A DNA stretch of 64,000 nucleotides from a virus. The notes beneath the pieces were generated by a model. The model was not told the origin of the DNA and did no database searches. It saw nothing but the letters and a program-made list of their open reading frames with translations. The translations under genes were made by a program, and so were the position numbers. Each line of letters starts with the position of its first letter. Position 1 is the first letter of the stretch. The stretch lies in the IMG/VR virus record IMGVR_UViG_3300011113_000675, positions 64,001 to 128,000 of that record; one strand, 5' to 3'. This document shows, piece by piece, positions 55,713-64,000 of the stretch.

Positions 55713-58166
55713 TTATTCCTTCAAATGATTAAACCTGAAGACAATGTTTTCCTCTTCAGGTTTATCTGAAAACAACGGACCCAAATATTCTCTGAAGTTG
55801 TTTCTCAACTTCATCTCGATTTGTTTTTCAACCTTTTCGGGAGTAAGGTTTGGTATTTCACCTTTCAAATAGTTTTCCGGTGTTGGAACTTGTTTTCCGT
55901 CTATCACTTTCAAAACGTCTTGAATATCCACGTTTACGACGTTCTTGTCGTCAATGTCTTCAACGGAAGAAATTTTGAACTTGATACTAATTTTCGGTTC
56001 CGCACCATAAGACGGAGATTTTGCGGTTGAAACTTTTTGAGATACTAATGAAGGTGCCATATCTCTAAATGCCTTTCGTTTAAGTTCCATAACTTTCTCA
56101 TGAGTAACACCTCTCTCAATCATTTCCATTTCCTGACGAGACAATAGATAAACTTGGGACTCTAAGGTGTCGTTCCATCTATATGGTCGAGACGCATTCA
56201 TTTGCTTCCCTGTGGAGGAAGAATATCTATCTGAGGTTTCATACCACTTACCGTCTTTGTAGATATAAACTGGATACCACCCATAAGACTCGACAATATA
56301 TATCTTTCCATCCATTGTTGCTCTCCAATATCCTCTTAGGTTTGAACCCTTAAATGGAAGTTGTGCTTTGGTATAAACCTTGGCATTATAATTTGGAGTA
56401 CGTTTCCCTTTCATCTTTCTCGGATCGATAAAGTTGTCCTTTGTCAATGATGAATAATCACCATCTTGTCGATAGTTCAAAAGATATAATTCCAAAATAT
56501 ATGGTGCAAAATCGGGATCGATTCCGAAATAAGGTAAATAATCCTTGATTGCTGTTTGTAAGTCTCTTTTGTTGTTGTAATTACTTTTTTGGGTATTAAG
56601 AATTTTGAATAGCTTGACAATCACCTTATTCGGTTCAATATCAATGTTGACCGCCTCATTCATCATATCATCACCACAAGCGGTAAGATAATATTCCATC
56701 AAATCATCACCATACCAATTTTGGGCCAAGGGGAAAATTATATCGATAAATTTTTCATAACTACCCTCGGGAAAATAATCTTCATTGACAGTGAAAAAAT
56801 GGTCAATCGCCATAGCGATAATGTTACCGGAATATTCGTATTCATCGGCATAGTCTCCACAAAGATCTGGAAATTCCTCCTGTGTCTCAAGAATATATTT
56901 CATGAAGGATTCCTTATTAACCCTTCGTTTCAATCTATCCATAAAGTCAGACTCAGACAATAATTCATGCTGTGATTCAACAATTCTTTGAAGTTGTAAT
57001 TCTGTCAAAATGTAATCTTTTTTCATTTTCGATTCCGTAACTTGTATAGGTATTGTGGGTAAATCTGGATTATTCCAACCTAATTTTGGATAATTTGTAC
57101 TTAAATATATATCATCCATCGGATTTTTAGACAGAGCTTTTTCAAGTTCAGATGCAATATTTTTTTGGTCATTGAAACTAATTCTTATAAGTTTTATTCC
57201 ATTCTCCTTACAGAATTTGTTTTTCGCCAAATCGTTCAATACCCTTTCTTTGTATCCCTCCAAACCTCTGTACCTACCCTCTACAGGAAAAAAATGTTGT
57301 CTCCCATCGAATTCTGCGATTACAACGGTTCCATCTTCTTTAACGAAATAAGCGTCCGATTTTAATTTATTTCGATTTCCACTTCCTTTAAAACTGTACG
57401 CCCCTAATTTTTTTTCTGTATCGACCGTATATCCTGAAACTTTTAGTGTGTCCACCATAGTGTATTCTCCCTTCCACTTGATATTTCTTTCCTTGTTGCA
57501 CACAGGACAAGCAAATTTTAAGTGGTTATCAAAGTATGCTACGGTACCCTTAGGATAAAGATTTACTGGTGTCTCGTGATTAGTACATTTGAAATTTTTT
57601 ACAAAGAGTCTAGTTTGATTCGATCCTTCACTTCTCGGAACTAAATAAAAATTTTCTTTTTCGAAACTTAGCGTTGTATCTTGAGGAACCGTACTCATAA
57701 ACTTTTCTATCTTGGAATCAAGATCTTGTGGATACATTTGATTAAGCCATTCAGAATAACATTTTTTACATGAGTTTTGTTTTAATTGTTCCAATCTGAT
57801 TTCACCAACCTCTCCATGAACTACTCCTTCTGAATCTGTTTTTTCACATATTACTCCATCGATGGTTTTGTGATGCCTCTCATCTTTACCATACGTAACA
57901 TTATCAAAGTTAAAATCAGGAAATAATTCTTTAAGCTTTTCAGTAGTCTGTTTGTTGTCCTTATCTTTTAATTCGGACAACATATTTTGCATGGTAAGAG
58001 TTTGGTCACCAGTACGATTTCTTCTATTACTAATCCATACTGCTATATCATTGTATTCGGGACTTTCATAAAAATCCTTCAATGTATTGAATTGAGAAAT
58101 ATATTCTTTAACTGAATCTATATCCCATTTTGATTCTCTACCTTCCGAAATTACTTCCATACTCAT
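55713..58166 (-). CDS. multidomain protein: zinc-finger/PD-(D/E)xK (DUF559/Vsr-like) endonuclease fused to additional modules
   Basis: CKKC, CPVC, SDAYF...AEFDGRQHF...ND..KN.FC..NGIKLIRI; internal MKKDYILTELQL; domain shared with 25813..27267. Confidence 0.7.
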   Translation of the reverse strand: MSMEVISEGRESKWDIDSVKEYISQFNTLKDFYESPEYNDIAVWISNRRNRTGDQTLTMQNMLSELKDKDNKQTTEKLKELFPDFNFDNVTYGKDERHHKTIDGVICEKTDSEGVVHGEVGEIRLEQLKQNSCKKCYSEWLNQMYPQDLDSKIEKFMSTVPQDTTLSFEKENFYLVPRSEGSNQTRLFVKNFKCTNHETPVNLYPKGTVAYFDNHLKFACPVCNKERNIKWKGEYTMVDTLKVSGYTVDTEKKLGAYSFKGSGNRNKLKSDAYFVKEDGTVVIAEFDGRQHFFPVEGRYRGLEGYKERVLNDLAKNKFCKENGIKLIRISFNDQKNIASELEKALSKNPMDDIYLSTNYPKLGWNNPDLPTIPIQVTESKMKKDYILTELQLQRIVESQHELLSESDFMDRLKRRVNKESFMKYILETQEEFPDLCGDYADEYEYSGNIIAMAIDHFFTVNEDYFPEGSYEKFIDIIFPLAQNWYGDDLMEYYLTACGDDMMNEAVNIDIEPNKVIVKLFKILNTQKSNYNNKRDLQTAIKDYLPYFGIDPDFAPYILELYLLNYRQDGDYSSLTKDNFIDPRKMKGKRTPNYNAKVYTKAQLPFKGSNLRGYWRATMDGKIYIVESYGWYPVYIYKDGKWYETSDRYSSSTGKQMNASRPYRWNDTLESQVYLLSRQEMEMIERGVTHEKVMELKRKAFRDMAPSLVSQKVSTAKSPSYGAEPKISIKFKISSVEDIDDKNVVNVDIQDVLKVIDGKQVPTPENYLKGEIPNLTPEKVEKQIEMKLRNNFREYLGPLFSDKPEEENIVFRFNHLKE

Positions 58167-58256
58167 AAATACCCAATAAAAACGAAATCCCTATGATTAT
58201 AAAATAGAATTGTCATATTGGAAAAAAAACAATATATTTGTTCAACAACTAATTTT

Positions 58257-58982
58257 ATGAATCCGGGTCTCAAAAAAGTCGTATTTCGAAAACTGAATTT
58301 GGATTTATCCAAGGTTGAAATCATTTTGGCTGAAAATCACTCCATTTGGTTCATCGACCGTGCAAATAAGTATTGGTACTTTGAATTGGAAAAATCAGGT
58401 AAGTTATGGTGGAGATATGAGTTTTTTACCGATTTTTTTATCCTTTTTTCTCTCAAAATCGATGAATTCCAACCTCTACTCTCTGAATGGGTGGAAGGGA
58501 TTTTCGATAGTAATGTAAACATGACTCCGCGATCCGGACATAGACTTCATAGCACGGTAGAAGGTATCCTCAATCATGGATACAGAAAGGGATCTCGTAA
58601 GATAGATGAGGTACTAAATCGTGAGATTAACGAAATTGATGGGGGAGAGTTATTTAATGATAGTACAGTGGTAAAGGTTCTCAATATTGATATAAACGAA
58701 ACAATAGGAACCACAATTCGAGAACCAAATCAAATAATCGAGGTGATGAATCGTGAAGATATACTTAATCATAAGGTCGTTTCAATTTCACATGGGAATG
58801 AACTCATTGATATACACAATCAGATTCTTCTTAATGAGTTAGTATATGAAGTTGAATCTGCAGATCCTTTGGACACACCAGCACACGATTCGGTGGATGA
58901 AGTATTAAAATACAAAGTAACCCGAACCATACCCGACCTTAGTGAATCACTGACAGAAATCGATATTTTATTGAACCAATAA
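58257..58982 (+). CDS. hypothetical protein with degenerate V(E/D)EVLN repeats (paralog of 9798..10244)
   Basis: Closely similar N-terminal domain; repeats VEGIL, IDEVLN, VVKVLN, IIEVMN, VDEVLK. Confidence 0.75.
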   Translation: MNPGLKKVVFRKLNLDLSKVEIILAENHSIWFIDRANKYWYFELEKSGKLWWRYEFFTDFFILFSLKIDEFQPLLSEWVEGIFDSNVNMTPRSGHRLHSTVEGILNHGYRKGSRKIDEVLNREINEIDGGELFNDSTVVKVLNIDINETIGTTIREPNQIIEVMNREDILNHKVVSISHGNELIDIHNQILLNELVYEVESADPLDTPAHDSVDEVLKYKVTRTIPDLSESLTEIDILLNQ

Positions 58983-59023
58983 TTTATTATGGAGGTTTAA
59001 TTTTTTTTTATTATATTTTTTGT

Positions 59024-59407
59024 ATGGAAAAACCGAAAGTTCATAATGTAACGGAATGTCCCTCATGTAAAATCCCAAAAGGATGGGGGGAAGAAATTAT
59101 AATTTGTAATCATGAATTATATTGTGGTAAATTACTTTGTTTCAAGGAAGGTGCAAAATTCTCAATGCACTACCACATGATTAAAGATGAAACTTGGTAT
59201 GTTGATGAAGGTCAATTCATTTATAGATGGATTGATACAGAAACTGCACAAGTTAATGAACAAATCTTGAATGTCGGAGATGTCGTAAGACAACGACCAG
59301 GACAACCACATCAACTCGAAGCTCTTACCAAAGGTGTGGTCTTCGAAGTATCAACAGAACACTTTGATTCGGATTCATATAGAATTTGGAAAGGAGATAC
59401 ACAATGA
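59024..59407 (+). CDS. cupin-fold sugar isomerase-like protein
   Basis: KGWG.E, YCGKLL, FSMHYH..KDETWY, PHQL, FEVST. Confidence 0.75.
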   Translation: MEKPKVHNVTECPSCKIPKGWGEEIIICNHELYCGKLLCFKEGAKFSMHYHMIKDETWYVDEGQFIYRWIDTETAQVNEQILNVGDVVRQRPGQPHQLEALTKGVVFEVSTEHFDSDSYRIWKGDTQ

Positions 59408-59805
59408 AGATTTGGTTAAATGGTTGTTTTGATGTCCTACATCACGGACATTTCAAATTAATACAACATGCTACCTCATTTGGTGGTCAAGTTATGATTG
59501 GAATCGATTCTGATGAACGAGTAAAAAAACTAAAAGGAGAAGGGAGACCATTTCACTCCGAAAGTGAAAGAGCATTCAATCTTAAACAAATCTCAGGAGT
59601 AGATTCCGTAGTGGTGTTTGATTCTGATGAAATGTTAAGAGAAATTCTCGAACGTTATAAACCCGATAAATTTATTATAGGCTCAGATTATCTTGGAAAA
59701 AAAATAATCGGACAAGAGTTTGCAAAACAAGTTGTAATCTTCAACAGACTTGATAAATTTTCAACCACTGAAATACTAAATTATGCAAATAACGATAATA
59801 GGTGA
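59404..59805 (+). CDS. RfaE/HldE domain II-like nucleotidyltransferase
   Basis: NGCFDVLHHGH, DSDERVKKLKG..RP, GSDY, STT. Confidence 0.85.
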   Translation: MKIWLNGCFDVLHHGHFKLIQHATSFGGQVMIGIDSDERVKKLKGEGRPFHSESERAFNLKQISGVDSVVVFDSDEMLREILERYKPDKFIIGSDYLGKKIIGQEFAKQVVIFNRLDKFSTTEILNYANNDNR

Positions 59806-60526
59806 ACTATGCCATGACGTATTCATCTATGGTGATGTGAAAAGACTATGCCCCGAAGCTCCAGTTCCAATTTTAACAGACATCGTCACAGAATCTAACT
59901 TAGGAATGGCCGGAAATGTCAAGGAAAATTTAAAGGCACATGATCCTTCACTAAAAATATCATTGATTCACCAAACAAATTCAATTACCAAAACGAGATA
60001 TATCGATCACAAAACAAATCATATGTTTCTTAGAGTTGACGAAGGTGAAGATAATATTGATTCATTAATACTTACATCAGAAATAATTGAAGAAATCTCA
60101 AAGTCGGATTTAGTAATTGTCAGTGATTACAACAAAGGATTTTTGAACGACGAAACTTTGATTCAAATTGGTAAGTTATCAAAACTATCCGTAATTGACA
60201 CCAAAAAAATTATTACCAAAAGACTAATTGAATCATTTACTTTTATGAAGTTGAATGAACACGAATATCAACGAAACAAGTTCATTTCAGATAAGAACAA
60301 AGATAAACTTATAATCACGTTGGGAATGCATGGTGCTAAACATGACGACATTGTATATTTATCACCATCTCCAAAACAAACGATTGATGTTAGTGGTGCT
60401 GGGGATACATTTACGGCATTTTTTAGTTTGAAATATTATGAAACTAAAAATATTTCGGAATCAATAAAATTTGCAAATCAAATGGCGTCTATTGTTGTAT
60501 CCAAAAGAGGTGTAGCAACTCCGTAA
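59783..60526 (+). CDS. RfaE/HldE domain I-like PfkB sugar kinase
   Basis: RLCPEAPVP, GMAGNV, SDYNKG, DVSGAGDTF. Confidence 0.88.
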   Translation: MQITIIGELCHDVFIYGDVKRLCPEAPVPILTDIVTESNLGMAGNVKENLKAHDPSLKISLIHQTNSITKTRYIDHKTNHMFLRVDEGEDNIDSLILTSEIIEEISKSDLVIVSDYNKGFLNDETLIQIGKLSKLSVIDTKKIITKRLIESFTFMKLNEHEYQRNKFISDKNKDKLIITLGMHGAKHDDIVYLSPSPKQTIDVSGAGDTFTAFFSLKYYETKNISESIKFANQMASIVVSKRGVATP

Positions 60527-60532
60527 GTCAAG

Positions 60533-60862
60533 TTATACACTAAAACTTTCACCACATCCACATGTTCTTGATGCGTTCGGGTTTCTCCATTCGAATCCCT
60601 TACCATTCAACCCATCCTCATAATCTAATTCGGTACCAACCAAATACAACAAAGATAATTTATTGATGCAAACTTGAATGGTATCAAGATCGACAATTGT
60701 GTCTGTTGGTTCTACCTTATCATCAAACTTCATTTGATAAGATAATCCACTACAACCTCCCCCAATTACTCCGACTCTTAACTTATGAGTTTCAGGAGAT
60801 ATACCCTCATTCTCCATTAAAACCATAAGTTGATTTTTTGCTCGTTCTGATAGTGTAACCAT
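60533..60862 (-). CDS. iscA: A-type iron-sulfur cluster carrier (IscA/SufA/HesB)
   Basis: GGGCSGLSY and NPNASRTCGCGESF. Confidence 0.92.
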   Translation of the reverse strand: MVTLSERAKNQLMVLMENEGISPETHKLRVGVIGGGCSGLSYQMKFDDKVEPTDTIVDLDTIQVCINKLSLLYLVGTELDYEDGLNGKGFEWRNPNASRTCGCGESFSV

Positions 60863-60871
60863 ATAAAATTA

Positions 60872-61174
60872 TTAAAAAAGACCTAAATCGGAAACTTCTA
60901 CTCCCGTTAAATCATATACGAGTCTTCTGACTACTTTTCCAGCTTCCTTATCACTCAGTAAAAATAAGTCCATAATAGAACTGAAAATTCTTTCATCGAT
61001 GTTGAAGTAATACGCATTCATTTCAGGTGAATAAACTAGCACCGCGGTTTCTCGTCCATTCTTTTCGAAAATCTCCAATGTTGGAATTTCGGAATTTTTC
61101 AATTCCCCTAATTCGTTGAGTAAGTATTTTGTTGCGATTGTCTCTAATCTTGACTTATTTATCTCATATTTCAT
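60872..61174 (-). CDS. hypothetical protein (INKSRL leader)
   Basis: Resembles its neighbour 61164..61502. Confidence 0.6.
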   Translation of the reverse strand: MKYEINKSRLETIATKYLLNELGELKNSEIPTLEIFEKNGRETAVLVYSPEMNAYYFNIDERIFSSIMDLFLLSDKEAGKVVRRLVYDLTGVEVSDLGLF

Positions 61175-61502
61175 CTAAATCTATATGGTTAAAGGTTCCG
61201 AAATGCATTACTTTTGGTGGTTCGATACCAAGGTAGTTTGAAAACCATTTTCTGATTGATTCCTTTTTTTCTTCATAATCAAGTGAAAACATATTTACTA
61301 ACGGGTCTGAAATTTTTGCCCTATCGAAGAATACTCTGTCTTCAGATTCATTACTCATAAACACTATTTCTCCATTTTTGGTGGCAAAAACCCATTGTTT
61401 GTAATTTTTTTTACCTGGAACCCAAACTAAATCATTATATGCATCATTCAAAAAATATGCCCCCAAGTCAATCAGTCTCGATTCTGTGATTATTACCTTC
61501 AT
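61164..61502 (-). CDS. hypothetical protein with an IITESRL leader
   Basis: MKVIITESRL; TATTTAT upstream. Confidence 0.65.
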   Translation of the reverse strand: MKVIITESRLIDLGAYFLNDAYNDLVWVPGKKNYKQWVFATKNGEIVFMSNESEDRVFFDRAKISDPLVNMFSLDYEEKKESIRKWFSNYLGIEPPKVMHFGTFNHIDLDEI

Positions 61503-61514
61503 AAGTAATAAATA

Positions 61515-62336
61515 TCAAAGATGAGGGTTAGAAAGAGTATTTTTTTCAACAGAACGTATTTTCTCGATAATGCTGTCTGCAATTATTCTATGAAATTTTT
61601 TTGATGGGTGAAGATCGAAAGGTGGGTTTTCACCAAAGAATTCATAATCTGTAGAAATCTTTAAATTTTTATCATCCTCCCAAACATCACTCATAGACTT
61701 AAATTCTTTATTTTTATTTTTTATATAAATTTTTCTTTGATTCATATAATCATCTCCTTCTATCAATTTGTTATAATCATTAGACCAATTGAAAATCAGA
61801 GGTACTATACCTTTATTTTCATAACGAATGAAAATTTCTTTGATTCTATCGAAAATCTGTCCACATAATTTTTCTAGATAGTCTTCATAATTAATGAAAT
61901 TATACATTTCAAAAAATTCATGAATTTTGTTATAATCGTCACTGAATCTAAATTTACTACCATCAGGTAAAATATAATGACTTCTTTGGGGCATTGATGT
62001 TTGAAAAATAATATATTTTACTTCATCATGTTTATAATTATTTTTTACCCACTGTGGATTTAAAGGTAGAACACCAAAAACTTGGTCTATAAATTCAATA
62101 CTATCTTCATCATTTCCCGAATAATCCTCTCGTGTTATTTCGAACATTTCCAATTCCTGAGACACTAATCTTGGAAATCTTAAAACATCTTTATATTTTA
62201 AATGATGGATTGGTCTATTTTCGAGTATTGATGTAATGTCTTCATTACTTTTACATTGTCCGTATAAATCTTTGGAGTAAAACCATAGACCATGCCCATG
62301 TGTGTGTGAACATCCCGCAAAAATTATTCCACTCAT
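61515..62336 (-). CDS. SGNH/GDSL-like hypothetical protein
   Basis: FAGCSHTHG near the N-terminus and DLHPS...H..IA near the C-terminus. Confidence 0.55.
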   Translation of the reverse strand: MSGIIFAGCSHTHGHGLWFYSKDLYGQCKSNEDITSILENRPIHHLKYKDVLRFPRLVSQELEMFEITREDYSGNDEDSIEFIDQVFGVLPLNPQWVKNNYKHDEVKYIIFQTSMPQRSHYILPDGSKFRFSDDYNKIHEFFEMYNFINYEDYLEKLCGQIFDRIKEIFIRYENKGIVPLIFNWSNDYNKLIEGDDYMNQRKIYIKNKNKEFKSMSDVWEDDKNLKISTDYEFFGENPPFDLHPSKKFHRIIADSIIEKIRSVEKNTLSNPHL

Positions 62337-62387
62337 TGAACTAATATTAATTTTTTAATCTCATTAAAATAAATACTTATTAGAAAA

Positions 62388-62603
62388 TTATTCGTCGAGA
62401 CAAAACTGTTCAAGAAGGGAAATTTCAACATCGTCTACATCACCAGGTTTATCATCATCCCAAGAAATTTCAATCCATTTCTGTTCTCCATCAGTTTCAT
62501 TAATATCGACTGAGAATGGATAGTCCATTCCTTTACTATCGACATAATGTCCATAAGAGGTTTTGACAACAACATAATTCGGTTTATCGATTATAATTCC
62601 CAT
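62388..62603 (-). CDS. hypothetical protein
   Basis: ATG 62603. Confidence 0.5.
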   Translation of the reverse strand: MGIIIDKPNYVVVKTSYGHYVDSKGMDYPFSVDINETDGEQKWIEISWDDDKPGDVDDVEISLLEQFCLDE

Positions 62604-62665
62604 AACTTTTTTTTTCAAAAATAAGAAATATACTTTACATTTCAAAATTATGAATAATTAGTTTT

Positions 62666-63784
62666 TCACATTTTATTTCTGAATGTTTCCTCCAAATTAC
62701 ATTCCATTGTTATGAATTTGTTCTCAAGAAATACTTCAGTATGGTTTTTATATAAAGTAATTAATTCGTTTGGAATGAATGGGTCATTATCAAAATATTC
62801 GATTGATTTATTTTTGTTGAAAATTGTTATTTCTTTTATTTGGTTATATAACTCAGATAAATTGACATGTTTATATAGATTAAGATTTTTGACCATATCC
62901 ACAATTCTTTCTTCGGAGTCTCTATTCGAATCATAAGAGTAATCAAAAATTTCATCGTATAATTTGAAACCCAACTTTTTAATTTCTTGATTATGAAATA
63001 ATGACCCAACTGAAATGAAAGGTTGGCCTATCAGAAAATTTTTATATGTTTTTTCTGATATAAAAACTTCATAATTTCCACTCATAGTTTCTCCTACTAC
63101 ATTGAATAAACAACGATTATTGAGTAAAAAATCAGTATTGAAATCCAATCGTTCATCGATATTATCTATGTTGTCAATTTTTTCGAACATATCTATCACC
63201 ATTCTCTTCTCCTCCCAACAATCAAACTTATATGGTTCGTGCCATTCATCGGATAATTTATTCCATGAAACCTTTCCAAAATTGAATAAATCGTTTTTAC
63301 AAAAATTATCCATTATCAATGAACGTTGACTTCTCGGGTGTCTATTTAAAGAAAAAAATAACTTCTCAAAGTCGGTATTGATATTAATTTCTTCAATTGG
63401 TTTTTTATAGACATTAACCAAGTGTTGACAACTATAATGTAAAAGGAATGTATTCCAAGTGAGAATCTTAACATTTTTAATTGGATAATCTCCACCTTTT
63501 CCCCAAGAATCGAAAAGTTTGGAACCTCCAAACAAAAAATAAACCACAATGTCTCTCTCGACTAAAAATGATTCGAATTCATACAAAGCCTTCTTATAAT
63601 ATTCTTCATACTCTTTCTCTGAAGGTATATCCACAGGATTACCTATTGGTTCAAGAGGGTGATAATATAAAACATCGATTGACCTTGAATCCCTAACAAG
63701 ATTTGCGATGACATTGAAAATGTCTTCTTTCATAAAAGAATTATTATATGTTTCATGAAAAGTAAAAATCTTTAAATTTCTCAT
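62666..63784 (-). CDS. putative glycosyltransferase-like protein
   Basis: LNRHPR..R, VVGET, FISEKTYK, PFI.VG, GFKLYDEIFDYSYD. Confidence 0.5.
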   Translation of the reverse strand: MRNLKIFTFHETYNNSFMKEDIFNVIANLVRDSRSIDVLYYHPLEPIGNPVDIPSEKEYEEYYKKALYEFESFLVERDIVVYFLFGGSKLFDSWGKGGDYPIKNVKILTWNTFLLHYSCQHLVNVYKKPIEEININTDFEKLFFSLNRHPRSQRSLIMDNFCKNDLFNFGKVSWNKLSDEWHEPYKFDCWEEKRMVIDMFEKIDNIDNIDERLDFNTDFLLNNRCLFNVVGETMSGNYEVFISEKTYKNFLIGQPFISVGSLFHNQEIKKLGFKLYDEIFDYSYDSNRDSEERIVDMVKNLNLYKHVNLSELYNQIKEITIFNKNKSIEYFDNDPFIPNELITLYKNHTEVFLENKFITMECNLEETFRNKM

Positions 63785-63863
63785 TTTTTTTAATAAAAAT
63801 ATAGTAAAAATAATAAAAAACCCCACCTTTATGGGATGGGGATTATATTTTAAATTTGATTGA

Positions 63864-64000
63864 TTATGGAGTCGGATAATCCACTTTCGGAACAGGTAGA
63901 TTTCCTGCGCCGGTAGTACAGAAAGTTTGTTTCAATTCTTTGGTTAAGGAAGGTGCGAAAACACTAACGTAAAAATTTGAAAGAATTATACCCAACTTGT
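63864..64000 (-). CDS. 3' end of a CDS entering from outside the window
   Basis: Open frame ending ...GNLPVPKVDYPTP*, followed by a terminator hairpin at about 63816-63845. Confidence 0.5.
   Translation of the reverse strand, partial: KLGIILSNFYVSVFAPSLTKELKQTFCTTGAGNLPVPKVDYPTP

Noticed and set aside
9798-58982. Diversity-generating retroelement behind the paralog pair
   Set aside because: No reverse transcriptase in the window, and the differences are not adenine-specific.
1-64000. Alternative genetic code (TAG/TGA reassignment), as seen in some large phages
   Set aside because: Conserved genes (clpC, clpP, thyA, TonB receptor) are full length in the standard code, all three stops end genes, and no suppressor tRNA was seen.

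Overview
This AT-rich, densely coding window looks like part of a large (jumbo/huge) phage genome that probably infects Bacteroidota. Evidence for the host: TTTG-N19/20-TAnnTTTG promoters, no Shine-Dalgarno sites, a Lacal_2735-like gene, a DUF2452-like gene and many lipoproteins. The standard genetic code reads without problems. Contents: (1) a proteostasis set (ClpC-like ATPase lacking its N-domain, a divergent UVR-domain protein, ClpP, and a tmRNA with an unusual 21-aa tag); (2) 12 canonical tRNAs plus several aberrant tRNA-like or structured RNAs; (3) HNH nucleases, a DNA methyltransferase, ThyA and candidate RNA end-healing enzymes; (4) envelope genes (a TonB receptor/lipoprotein pair, a CsgG-cohesin/dockerin cassette, a GH19 endolysin, peptidoglycan-binding proteins); (5) a split HldE/RfaE pair and IscA. 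The strongest new observation is an unannotated 29-codon leader ORF with antiterminator/terminator geometry directly upstream of the main tRNA array (15903->13238). Its codons match the anticodons of the downstream tRNAs, suggesting ribosome-sensed attenuation that switches on phage tRNAs when those tRNAs are depleted. All calls were made by eye; no database searches or folding programs were run.
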